61,741 nucleotides of DNA, taken from Casimicrobiaceae bacterium (lineage in GTDB: Bacteria > Pseudomonadota > Gammaproteobacteria > Burkholderiales > Casimicrobiaceae). The notes under the pieces were generated by a model. It worked only from the letters and a program-made list of their open reading frames with translations, ran no database searches and was not told the origin of the DNA. The stretch's first letter is position 1. Each line of letters starts with the position of its first letter. The translations under genes and the position numbers were made by a program. Below, piece after piece: positions 1 to 9,266 of the stretch. The stretch lies in the NCBI GenBank assembly GCA_035252665.1, contig DATFCW010000498.1, forward strand, positions 1-61,741. The letters run 5' to 3'.

Positions 1-250
1 TCAGGGAAACGTGATCGGCAACCCGATCCTTCCCGTGATCAAGCTTTGCGCGAATCCGCGCACCGTGCGCACGATGAGCGAGCACATCGACCTCGACGTG
101 AGCGGGATTCTGCAGCGCGAGCTCACGCTCGACGTGGCCGGCGATCGCCTGCTCGAGCTCATGTTCCGCACGGCCAACGGCCGGCTCACCGCCGCGGAGG
201 CGCTCGGCCACCGCGAATTCGTGCTGACGCGTCTCTACGAGAGCGCGTGA
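1..250 (+). CDS. suyB: UxaA-family lyase C-terminus, probably (R)-sulfolactate sulfo-lyase beta subunit (5' partial)
   Basis: [21 protein letters not shown]...HIDLDVSG...[26 protein letters not shown] matches the UxaA/SuyB C-terminus; slcC- and comC-like genes lie downstream. Confidence 0.7.
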   Translation, partial: QGNVIGNPILPVIKLCANPRTVRTMSEHIDLDVSGILQRELTLDVAGDRLLELMFRTANGRLTAAEALGHREFVLTRLYESA

Positions 251-279
251 CATCCAACAAGACGGAGGAGGAGGAGGAG

Positions 280-1311
280 ATGGAAGCAACGATGCGCACG
301 CGTGCGCGAACGAAATCGATCCTGACCGTAATCGTGGCGGCGTTATCGCTCGCGCTTTTGCCAACCGCGAACGCCGAAATGAGCGAGATCCATGTGTCGC
401 GGCAGTACGGCATCAGCTATCTGCCGCTGATGATCATGGAAGACCAGAAGCTGATCGCTAAGCACGCGAAGACCATGGGCGTCGACGTCAAGGTCGATTG
501 GTCGACGTTCGCGAGCGGCGCGGTGATGAACGACGCGCTGTTGTCGGGCAACCTCCAGTTCGCCTCGGGTGGCGTCGCGCCGTTCACCACGCTTTGGGCG
601 AAGACGCGCGACAATCTCAAGGTCGAGGCCGTGGCGGCCATCAACTCGATGCCGCTCTTCCTCGTCACGCGCGATCCGAACGTCAAGACCGTCAAGGATT
701 TCACCAGCAAGGACAAGATCGCGCTGCCTGCGGTCAAGGTGTCGATCCAGGCCGTGACGTTGCAGATGGCAGCCGAGAAGGCGTTCGGCCCCGGTCAGCA
801 GTACAAGCTCGATCCGCTCACGGTGTCGATGTCGCACCCCGACGGCGAGACCGCGCTGCTATCGGGCAAGTCGGAAGTGACGGCGCATTTGAGCTCGCCG
901 CCGTTCCAATATCAGGAGCTGAAGGCACCCGGCATGCACAAGGTATTCACCTCGTATGACGTGCTGGGCGGCCCGGCCACGTTCAATCTCGTCTGGACGA
1001 CCACGAGGTTCCACGACGAGAATCCGAAGATTTACGCCGCGTTCGTTGCCGCGCTCGACGAGGCGGAGGCGCAGATCAACCACGACAAGCGCAAGGCCGC
1101 GGAGACCTACCTTCGGATCTCCAAGGACAAGCGCGACACGCTTGACGACATTCTCCAGATGCTGAACGATCCCGAGATCAAGTTCACGACGACGCCGCAC
1201 AACATGATGAAATACGTCGACTTCATGTACAAGGTGGGATCGATCAAGAAGAAGCCCGACTCGTGGAAGGAGATGTTCTTCCCCAACGCGCAGAAGCTTC
1301 ACGGGAGCTGA
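280..1311 (+). CDS. NitT/TauT (sulfonate-type) ABC transporter substrate-binding protein
   Basis: Signal peptide (…LLPTANA), NMT1/SsuA-like sequence; GGAG-rich RBS before ATG 280; ATPase and permease downstream. Confidence 0.88.
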   Translation: MEATMRTRARTKSILTVIVAALSLALLPTANAEMSEIHVSRQYGISYLPLMIMEDQKLIAKHAKTMGVDVKVDWSTFASGAVMNDALLSGNLQFASGGVAPFTTLWAKTRDNLKVEAVAAINSMPLFLVTRDPNVKTVKDFTSKDKIALPAVKVSIQAVTLQMAAEKAFGPGQQYKLDPLTVSMSHPDGETALLSGKSEVTAHLSSPPFQYQELKAPGMHKVFTSYDVLGGPATFNLVWTTTRFHDENPKIYAAFVAALDEAEAQINHDKRKAAETYLRISKDKRDTLDDILQMLNDPEIKFTTTPHNMMKYVDFMYKVGSIKKKPDSWKEMFFPNAQKLHGS

Positions 1312-2282
1312 TGGCCGCCGGTTTCGGCGCGGTCGAGCTTCCCGACGCGGCCGCGATCCGCGACGCGCATCGGCGCATCGCGCCGTTCGTTCGCCGCACG
1401 CCGGTGATGACGTGCAAGGCGATCGACGACGAAGTCGGCGCGTCGCTTCATTTCAAGTGCGAGCATCTGCAGAAGGTCGGCGCATTCAAGGCGCGCGGCG
1501 CGGTGAACGCGGTGCTTTCGCTCGACGAGGAAAGCGCGCGCCGAGGCGTCGTCACGCATTCGTCCGGGAATCACGGCGCCGCCGTCGCCTACGCCGCGAA
1601 GGTGCGCGGCATTCCCGCCTGGGTTGTCATGCCGTCCAACGCGCCGCGCGTCAAGCAGGAGAATGTGCGAAGGTTCGGCGCAACGGTGCGGCTTTGCGAG
1701 CCAACGCTCGCAGCGCGCGAAGCAGCGTGCGACGACGTCGCGCGTGAAAGCGGCGCGACGCTGGTCCACCCGTTCGACGATCCCAACGTGATCGCCGGAC
1801 AAGCCACCGCGACGCTCGAGTTGCTCGATGAGATGGGCGATCTCGATGTCGTGATCGCACCGTGCGGCGGCGGCGGCCTGTTGTCCGGAACAGCGATTGC
1901 CGCGAGCGCGCTTCGGCCAGGCATCCGCGTGCTCGGCGCCGAGCCCGTGAACGCCGACGATGCGGCGCGCAGCTTCGCGAGCGGCAAGGTCGAGCCGCTT
2001 GCGACCACGACGACGATCGCCGATGGCCTTCGCACGACGCTCTCGCCGCGCACGCTGCACGCGCTTCGCGCGCACGTCGCGGGCTTCGGCACGTGCAGCG
2101 AAGTTGGTATCCTGCACGCCATGAGGATGATGTTCGAGCGCATGAAGCAGGTCGTCGAGCCGTCGTCGTCGGTGCCGCTTGCCTGCATTCTCGAGGGCAC
2201 CGTCGACGTTGCAGGCCGGCGCGTCGGCATCATCGTCAGCGGCGGCAACGTCGATCTCGATCGGTTGCCATGGAACGCATGA
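1311..2282 (+). CDS. PLP-dependent serine racemase/threonine dehydratase-family enzyme (fold type II)
   Basis: KCEHLQKVGAFKARGA PLP lysine, THSSGNHG, GGGGLLSG phosphate loop, SGGN; TGATG overlap with the upstream gene. Confidence 0.88.
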   Translation: MAAGFGAVELPDAAAIRDAHRRIAPFVRRTPVMTCKAIDDEVGASLHFKCEHLQKVGAFKARGAVNAVLSLDEESARRGVVTHSSGNHGAAVAYAAKVRGIPAWVVMPSNAPRVKQENVRRFGATVRLCEPTLAAREAACDDVARESGATLVHPFDDPNVIAGQATATLELLDEMGDLDVVIAPCGGGGLLSGTAIAASALRPGIRVLGAEPVNADDAARSFASGKVEPLATTTTIADGLRTTLSPRTLHALRAHVAGFGTCSEVGILHAMRMMFERMKQVVEPSSSVPLACILEGTVDVAGRRVGIIVSGGNVDLDRLPWNA

Positions 2283-3088
2283 TTTCGAAGCAGGCACAGG
2301 AGGCCGCGCCGCTTCTCGCCGTGCGCGGCGTCACGCTGCAATACAAGACGAAGGATCACCTCGTCACGGCGACGTATCGCGTCGATTTCGACGTGCTGCG
2401 CTCCGACCGCTTCATCCTGCTCGGGCCTTCGGGATGCGGGAAGTCGACGCTGCTCAAGGCGGTCGGCGGCTACATGAAACCGATCGAAGGCGAGATCCGG
2501 CTCAAGGGCGAGCAGGTCACGCGTCCGGGTCCCGACCGGATGATGGTTTTCCAGGAATTCGACCAGCTCCTGCCGTGGCGCACGGTCAAGGAGAACGTGA
2601 TGTTCCCGCTTCGCGCGAGCGGGCGCCTGCCGCGCAAGGCGGCGGAGGAGAAGGCGCTCGAATACATCGCGAAGGTGAACCTGACGCCGTTCTGCGATAG
2701 CTACCCGCATACGTTGTCGGGCGGCATGAAGCAGCGCGTCGCGATCGCGCGCGGCATGGCGATGGAACCCGACATCCTGCTGATGGACGAGCCGTTCGCG
2801 GCGCTCGATGCGCTGACAAGGCGCAAGATGCAGGACGAGCTTCTCGCGTTGTGGGAAGGCACGCGCTTCACGGTGCTCTTCGTCACGCATTCGATACCCG
2901 AGGCGATCAAGATCGGAAGCCGCATCCTGCTTCTCTCGCCGCATCCGGGACAGGTCAAGGCCGAGCTCGACAGCCTGGCGCAAGGCGCGAGCGCGGCGCA
3001 GACGCTCGCGCTCGAGCAGCGAATTCATTCGATGCTCTTTGCCGACGCGATCGAGGAGCCCGCGCCTGCGGAAGGCGTGACCGCGTAA
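2279..3088 (+). CDS. NitT/TauT ABC transporter ATP-binding protein
   Basis: GPSGCGKS Walker A, LSGGMKQR signature, LLMDEPF Walker B; ATGA overlap. Confidence 0.93.
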   Translation: MISKQAQEAAPLLAVRGVTLQYKTKDHLVTATYRVDFDVLRSDRFILLGPSGCGKSTLLKAVGGYMKPIEGEIRLKGEQVTRPGPDRMMVFQEFDQLLPWRTVKENVMFPLRASGRLPRKAAEEKALEYIAKVNLTPFCDSYPHTLSGGMKQRVAIARGMAMEPDILLMDEPFAALDALTRRKMQDELLALWEGTRFTVLFVTHSIPEAIKIGSRILLLSPHPGQVKAELDSLAQGASAAQTLALEQRIHSMLFADAIEEPAPAEGVTA

Positions 3089-3110
3089 CAGTCATTCGTA
3101 AGGTGGCGTC

Positions 3111-3989
3111 ATGGATTCAGTAGCGGAAGCGTTGCCACGGCGGCCGGAGATCCTGCGCGAGCCCATTTCGGCGAGCGAATTCGGCATCGTTCAGAAACCG
3201 CTGTCGGCGTGGGAGCGGATCACGAACATCGGCGCGGTGCGCAAGTTCGCGCTGCTCGTCGTCATCGCGGTCGTCTGGGAGCTCTATGCGCGCCAGCTCG
3301 ACAATCCGCTGCTGTTCCCGACGTTCTCGGCGACGGTGCTCGCGTTCTTCAAGGGCATCTTCGGCGGCGATCTTTTCACCAAGGCCCTGACGTCGCTGCA
3401 CGTGCTGGTGCTCGGTTACGCAGCCGGCATCGCGTGCGCGGCGATCCTCACAGTGGTTGCGATCACCTCGCGCGTCGGAACGGATTTGCTCGAGCTTCTG
3501 ACATCGATGTTCAATCCGCTGCCGGCGATCGCGCTGTTGCCGCTTGCGTTGATCTGGTTCGGCCTTGGCACCGGCAGCATCGTGTTCGTCATCATCCATT
3601 CGGTGCTGTGGGCGGTGGCGCTCAACACGCATTCGGGCTTCCTCGCCGTGTCCAACACGTTGCGGATGGTCGGGCGCAACTATGGCCTGCGCGGCTTGCC
3701 GTACGTCGCGCGAATCCTGATTCCGGCGGCCTTCCCGAGCATTCTCACCGGCCTGAAGATCGGCTGGGCGTTCGCGTGGCGCACGCTGATCGCGGCCGAG
3801 CTCGTGTTCGGCGTGTCGTCAGGCTCAGGCGGCCTCGGGTGGTACATCTACGAGAACAAGAACCAGCTCGAAATCCCGAGCGTGTTCGCCGGACTCTTCA
3901 CGGTGATCGTCATCGGGCTCATCGTCGAGAACGTCGTGTTCCGCGTGATCGAGGCGAAGACGGTGCGCAAGTGGGGGTTGCAGAGCTAG
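3111..3989 (+). CDS. NitT/TauT ABC transporter permease
   Basis: Multiple TM segments, PLPAIALLPL and AWRTLIAAEL motifs of the SsuC/TauC family. Confidence 0.92.
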   Translation: MDSVAEALPRRPEILREPISASEFGIVQKPLSAWERITNIGAVRKFALLVVIAVVWELYARQLDNPLLFPTFSATVLAFFKGIFGGDLFTKALTSLHVLVLGYAAGIACAAILTVVAITSRVGTDLLELLTSMFNPLPAIALLPLALIWFGLGTGSIVFVIIHSVLWAVALNTHSGFLAVSNTLRMVGRNYGLRGLPYVARILIPAAFPSILTGLKIGWAFAWRTLIAAELVFGVSSGSGGLGWYIYENKNQLEIPSVFAGLFTVIVIGLIVENVVFRVIEAKTVRKWGLQS

Positions 3990-4009
3990 CGTTAACAGGC
4001 CGTAATCCG

Positions 4010-4936
4010 ATGCGCATCGTCATCAGCGAGTTCATGGACGCCGCGGCAGTCACGAACCTCAGCTCGCGTTTCGACGTCCGCTACGACAAGGATCTCGTCG
4101 ACCGGCCACGCGAGCTCGCCGCGCTCCTCGCCGATGCCGATGCGCTGATCGTGCGCAATCGCACGATGGTCGATGGCGCGCTGATCGCGTCGGGGCCGAA
4201 GCTTCGCGTCGTCGGCCGGCTCGGCGTCGGCCTCGACAACATCGATCTCCATGCCTGCGCCGCGCGGGGCATTCTCGTCATTCCGGCGACGGGCGCCAAT
4301 GCGCAGGCTGTCGCGGAATACGTGATCGCCGCGGCGCTCTTGCTGCTGCGCCGCGCGTACGAATCGACGCAGGACGTCGCCGCGGGTCGTTGGCCGCGCG
4401 CTGCGCTGTCGAATGGTCGCGAGCTCGCCGGCAAGACGCTCGCGCTCATCGGTTTCGGCAGCATCGGTCGCCTCACCGGGAAGCTCGCGCGCGCGGTCGG
4501 CATGCAGGCGATCGGCTTCGACGCGCACATTCCGCCATCGTCTGCGCTCTGGTCGGATGAGGCGACGACACCGCGCACCTTCGCCGAGGCGATCGCCGAA
4601 GCGGACGTCGTGTCGCTGCACGTGCCGTTGACTCCAGCCACGCGCAACCTGATCGACGCGACGCGCATTGCGACGATGAAGCACCAAGCGATCCTGATCA
4701 ACACGTCGCGTGGCGGCGTCGTCGACGAAATGGCGCTCGCCGATGCGTTGCGCGCCCGGCGCCTCGGTGGTGCGGCGCTCGATGTCTTCGAGCGCGAGCC
4801 GCTGCCTGCCGGATCGGCGCTCGATGGGTGTCCCAATCTGCTGCTGACGCCGCACATCGCCGGCGTGACGCGCGAGTCGAACGAGCGTGTCTCGTCGCTC
4901 ATCGCCGAAAAAGTCACTGAAGCATTGGCTGCCTGA
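4010..4936 (+). CDS. slcC: D-2-hydroxyacid dehydrogenase, (S)-sulfolactate dehydrogenase-like
   Basis: RLGVGLDNID, GFGSIG Rossmann fold, INTSRGGVV, TPHIAG; N-terminal IVISEFMD and position between suyB and comC. Confidence 0.78.
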   Translation: MRIVISEFMDAAAVTNLSSRFDVRYDKDLVDRPRELAALLADADALIVRNRTMVDGALIASGPKLRVVGRLGVGLDNIDLHACAARGILVIPATGANAQAVAEYVIAAALLLLRRAYESTQDVAAGRWPRAALSNGRELAGKTLALIGFGSIGRLTGKLARAVGMQAIGFDAHIPPSSALWSDEATTPRTFAEAIAEADVVSLHVPLTPATRNLIDATRIATMKHQAILINTSRGGVVDEMALADALRARRLGGAALDVFEREPLPAGSALDGCPNLLLTPHIAGVTRESNERVSSLIAEKVTEALAA

Positions 4937-4938
4937 CG

Positions 4939-5940
4939 ATGCCGACCTTCGCGCTGCCCGAGCTTCGCGATCTCGCGCAACGCGCGCTGATCAACGCAGG
5001 CGCGTCCGAAGCGACGGCGCGCATCACCGCGCGCGCACTCGCGGACGCGCAAGCGCAGGGGCTCCCCTCGCACGGGATGGCGCGTGTCGCGCAGTATGCG
5101 ACGCATTTGCGCAACGGCCGCGCGGATGGTCGTGCCGTGCCGGTGATCGCGCGCGAGCGTGGCGGTGCGATTCTCGTCGACGCACGATGCGGCCTTGCGT
5201 TTCCCGCGTGCGCGCTCGCCGTCGAGGAGGCGATTCGCCGTGCACGCGAGTTGGGCGTCGCGTTCGCCGGGGTCACGAATAGCCACCACTTCGGCGTCGC
5301 GGCGTGGCATCTCGAGCCCGTCGCCGCCGCCCGAATGATGGGCCTTGCCTTCGGCAATTCGCCCGCGGCGATGCCGGCCGCCGGCGGCAAGCGTGCGCTC
5401 TTCGGCACCAATCCGATCGCCGCCGTGTTTCCTCGCCGCGACCGCGATGCGCTGTCGATCGATCTGTCGTTGTCCGAAGTCGCGCGCGGCAAGGTGATGG
5501 TCGCGGCGAAGGAGGGGAGAGCCATTCCGCTCGGCTGGGCGCTCGATCGCGAAGGCCAACCGACGACCGATCCGAAGGCCGCGCTCGAAGGGTCGATGCT
5601 CGCGATGGGCGGCACGAAGGGCGCGATGCTCGCGCTCATCGTCGAGTTGCTCGTCACCGCATTGACGGGCGCCGCGCTTGGATTCGAGGCGAGCTCGTTC
5701 TTCGTGGACGAGGGCAATCGTCCGCGCATCGGCCAGGCCTTTCTCGTGATCGATCCCGATGCGCTCGCAGGCCGCGAGACGTATTTCGAACGGCTCGAAA
5801 CGCTGATCGCTGCAATGCTCGAGGACGAAGGCGTGCGACTGCCCGGTGCGCGGCGCGCGGCGCTCGGGGAGGAAGCGCGTGCACGAGGCGTCGACATCGC
5901 GCAGTCGCTTGCCGATCAATTGCGCGCGCTCTCGGGATGA
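4939..5940 (+). CDS. comC: Ldh_2-family oxidoreductase, (R)-sulfolactate dehydrogenase-like
   Basis: SHGMAR, NSHHFG, GTNPIA, RLPG motifs of the ComC/Ldh_2 family; adjacent to slcC. Confidence 0.8.
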   Translation: MPTFALPELRDLAQRALINAGASEATARITARALADAQAQGLPSHGMARVAQYATHLRNGRADGRAVPVIARERGGAILVDARCGLAFPACALAVEEAIRRARELGVAFAGVTNSHHFGVAAWHLEPVAAARMMGLAFGNSPAAMPAAGGKRALFGTNPIAAVFPRRDRDALSIDLSLSEVARGKVMVAAKEGRAIPLGWALDREGQPTTDPKAALEGSMLAMGGTKGAMLALIVELLVTALTGAALGFEASSFFVDEGNRPRIGQAFLVIDPDALAGRETYFERLETLIAAMLEDEGVRLPGARRAALGEEARARGVDIAQSLADQLRALSG

Positions 5941-6023
5941 GCGCTGCCGGGCCGCCCCAAGACGCGAATTCCGCCCCCGCGGGGGCAGCGAAGCAGCGAA
6001 GCTGCGAGCGTGGGGGGATCATG
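5937..6023 (+). repeat. ~85-bp GC-rich repeat starting with ATGAGCGC; same family as 39963-40130
   Basis: Shares ATGAGCGC...GCCGCCCC...GCGAATT..GCCCCC..GGGGGCAGCG.AGC.GCG.AGCTGCGAGCGTGGGG with the two copies after hmgA; ATGA overlaps the comC stop. Confidence 0.85.
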
Positions 6024-7921
6024 CAAGCGCTGCCGGTCGGGACGAGCTCGAACGCACCAACCGCGTGCTGCGCACGCTTCGCGCGGGGCATCGCGCACTG
6101 CTTCGCGCGGGCGACGAGGCGACGCTCGTCGAGACGATCTGCAAGGCACTGGTCGACGAGGGCGGTTACCCGATCGCCTGGATCGGCTATGCCGACAACG
6201 ACGCAGAACGGACGATTCGCATCGTGGGCCACGCGGGCGCGAGTGAAGCGATGCTCGCGCGGCTGCAGCTCTCATGGGATGCATCGCGTCCTAGCGTGTC
6301 GGGCGAGGCAATCCGGACCGGCACGCCGTCGGTCGGACGCAGGCTTCGCAGCGATCCAGTGCTCGCGCGCTGGCGAAGCGATGCGGCGCGCCTGGGCTAC
6401 GGCGCGGTGAGCGCCTTTCCGCTGCGCATCGGCGACGAGGTGATTGGCTGCCTGACGCTCGTTGCCGCCGATGAGAACGCGTTCGACGAGAGCGAGGTGG
6501 CGCTGTTGCAGGAGCTCGCCGACGACGCCGCGTATGGCATCGGCCATTCGCGCATGCAGACGCGCGGCATCGAGGCGGAGCAAACGATCGCGCGCATGGC
6601 GCTTCGCGATCCATTGACCGGCTTGCCCAACCGCGCCGCGATGCGCGCGACGTTGCGGGATGCGATCGCGATTTCGCGCGAGACGGGAGTGCCGCTCGCG
6701 GTGCTGTCGATCCACGCCGCGCACTTCGACGAGATCGGCGACACGCTCGGCCGCGACGCAAGCGACACGCTCGTGCTCGAAATGGCGAGGCGCGTGCGCG
6801 ACGTCGCCGCCGACGCCGAGCATCGACTTGCGCGCATCGGCGACGACGATCTGCTGCTTCTCGCCAATGCCGAGAGCGATGACGCCGGCGCGCTCGCGCG
6901 GCGCATCGATGCGGCGCTGTATCCACCGATGGACTTTGCCGGCGTACAGCTCGACGCGCGCGGCGCGATCGGCGTTGCGCTCTATCCCGCGCATGGCGAC
7001 GATCCGGACGAGCTCATGCGCCGCGCGAAGACCGCGATGTACCAGGCGGGTACGGGCGGCTTCGCTTTCTACAGCGGGCTGCACGACGACGCGCGCCGAC
7101 AAAGCCTCGCGCTGATCGGCGATCTGCGTCGTGCGATCGAGAACGGCGATCTCCTGCTGTACTGCCAGCCTAAAGCGCGAATGGCGACGTGTCGGCTTTG
7201 CGGCGCCGAAGCGCTGATGCGTTGGCGGCATCCGCGGGAAGGGATGGTGTCGCCTTCGCGCTTCGTCGCGCTCGCCGAGCACGCGGGCCTCATCACGCCG
7301 CTTACGCAATGGGTCCTGGAGGCGGCATTCCGCGAACGGCGGCGTTGGCATGAAAGCGGTTTCGACCAGCCGCTGGCCGTCAATGTGTCGCCGCGCGATT
7401 TCCACGATCCGATGCTCGTTGCGCGCGTTCGTGACCTGATGGCCGCGCACGAGACGATGCCCGGCTGGATCGAGTTCGAGCTCACGGAATCGGCATTGAT
7501 GGAGGAGCCCGAGCGGGTCATCGAGACGCTGCGGCAGTTGCGCGATCTTGGCATCGAATCGATGGTCGACGACTACGGCAGCGGCTACTCGAGCCTGCGC
7601 TATCTGCAGCAGATGCCGGTGTCGGCGATCAAGATCGATCAGTCGTTCGTTCGCGGCATGCGAAGCGACGCCGATTCGGCGGCGATCGTGCACTCGACGA
7701 TCGAGCTTTGCCACACGCTGTCGTTCGCGGCGATCGCCGAGGGTGTCGAGGACGAAGCATCGTGGAACGCGCTTTCGGACGAAGGCTGCGATGCGGTGCA
7801 GGGGTACTATGTCGGGAGGCCGCTACCGGTCGACGAATTCAAGGCTTGGGCGGCAACGTCGCGCTGGAACGCCGATTCGCGCGCGCAACGACACGCCGGA
7901 AGCTTCACACGGACCGCATGA
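5937..7921 (+). CDS. GAF + degenerate GGDEF + EAL protein, likely c-di-GMP phosphodiesterase; start uncertain, apparent 1-nt frameshift near 5979-5985
   Basis: GAF-like N-terminus, DPLTGLPNR, degenerate GDDDL, intact EAL, ELTES, DDYGSGYSSL, KIDQSF, AEGVE, QGY. Confidence 0.85.
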
Positions 7922-9123
7922 AACCACTGCCTCGGGCCGCCTCGCTGTTGCTGAACGCAGCGCACGCGATGGATCACATGTTCCTGCTGATCTTCGCGAC
8001 GTCGGTCGGCGCGATCGCGGGCGATTTCGGCTTCGCGCATTGGGAGGACCTGATGCCGTACAGCGTCGGCGCGTTCGCGATGTTCGGCATCGGTTCGCTG
8101 CCGGCGGGCAGGCTCGGCGACCATTGGGGACGCCGGCGGATGATGATCGTCTTCTTCTTCGGCATGGGGGCGGGGGCGCTGCTCGTCGCGATGTCGCACT
8201 CGGCGTGGCAGCTGGCGCTCGCTCTGGCGTTCATGGGCGTGTTCTCATCGATCTACCACCCGGTCGGCATCCCGATGCTCGTTCAGCGTGCCGATCGTCC
8301 TGGACTTACGATCGGCGTGAACGGTCTCGCGGGCAATCTCGGCGTCGCGCTGTCGGCGCTCATCACCGGTGCGCTCGTCAAGTACGTTGGATGGCGGGCC
8401 GCGTTCGAGGTGCCGGCGCTGGTGGCGATCGCGTGCGGCATCGCGTTCGCGCGCGTCGCGCCGCACGAATCGGTCGTCCCCGCGCGGCGTGCGCCATCGC
8501 GGCCGATGCTCGATCGCCGGTCGCTCACGCACATCTTCACGATCGTCACCGTGGCGTCGATCTCCGCGAGCCTGATCTTCAACTTCACCACCAACGGCAA
8601 CGGCGAGCTTCTGCGCGAACGCATGCACGGCATCGTCGAGGATCCGGCGGTGCTCGGCCTGCTGCTTGCGGGTGCGTATGTCGCCGGGGCGATCGCGCAG
8701 GTGAGCGTGGGCCTGATGCTCGATCGCGTGTCGCTCAAGACGCTCTATGCCGGCATCGTCGTCGTGCAGGCGCCGCTCTTCCTGCTCGCCGCGAACGCGA
8801 ACGGTTGGGCGCTCTATGCGTTCCTGTTCGCGTTCATGATCGCCGTGTTCGGCGCGATACCGTTCACCGATGCGATGATCGTCCGTTACGTCGACGATCG
8901 GATGCGCTCGCGCGTTTCCGGCATGCGCTTCGCGGTGGCTTTCGGCGTGAGCTCGCTCGCCGTGTGGCTGCTCGGCCCGCTCGTAAAGTCGAGCGGATTC
9001 CGCGCGCTGCTGCTCGTCATGGCGGCCACCGCGTTCGTCACGTTCTGCGTCGTGCTGCTGCTTCCGCGCTCGCGGACGAAGGGACTCGGCGCCGACGAAG
9101 CATCGCCATCGGCCGCCGATTGA
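7918..9123 (+). CDS. MFS transporter
   Basis: Multiple hydrophobic TM segments, GRLGDHWGRR motif A, IYHPVG; ATGA overlap. Confidence 0.88.
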   Translation: MKPLPRAASLLLNAAHAMDHMFLLIFATSVGAIAGDFGFAHWEDLMPYSVGAFAMFGIGSLPAGRLGDHWGRRRMMIVFFFGMGAGALLVAMSHSAWQLALALAFMGVFSSIYHPVGIPMLVQRADRPGLTIGVNGLAGNLGVALSALITGALVKYVGWRAAFEVPALVAIACGIAFARVAPHESVVPARRAPSRPMLDRRSLTHIFTIVTVASISASLIFNFTTNGNGELLRERMHGIVEDPAVLGLLLAGAYVAGAIAQVSVGLMLDRVSLKTLYAGIVVVQAPLFLLAANANGWALYAFLFAFMIAVFGAIPFTDAMIVRYVDDRMRSRVSGMRFAVAFGVSSLAVWLLGPLVKSSGFRALLLVMAATAFVTFCVVLLLPRSRTKGLGADEASPSAAD

Positions 9124-9266
9124 CGCCGCGGGTTTCGTGCCCGCTCGCTTGACATCGCGATCCGCCGGCGTTTTCATGGCCCGGGGGCAGGCGCCGCCGT
9201 ACGCGTCGCGCAGGCGCATCCGATCCCTGTCCCTTGATACCTGATTCCTGACACGGGGAGATCATC

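Noticed and set aside
264-279. (GGA)5 trinucleotide run as a phase-variable tract
   Set aside because: Non-coding and directly before ATG 280; best explained as a reiterated Shine-Dalgarno sequence
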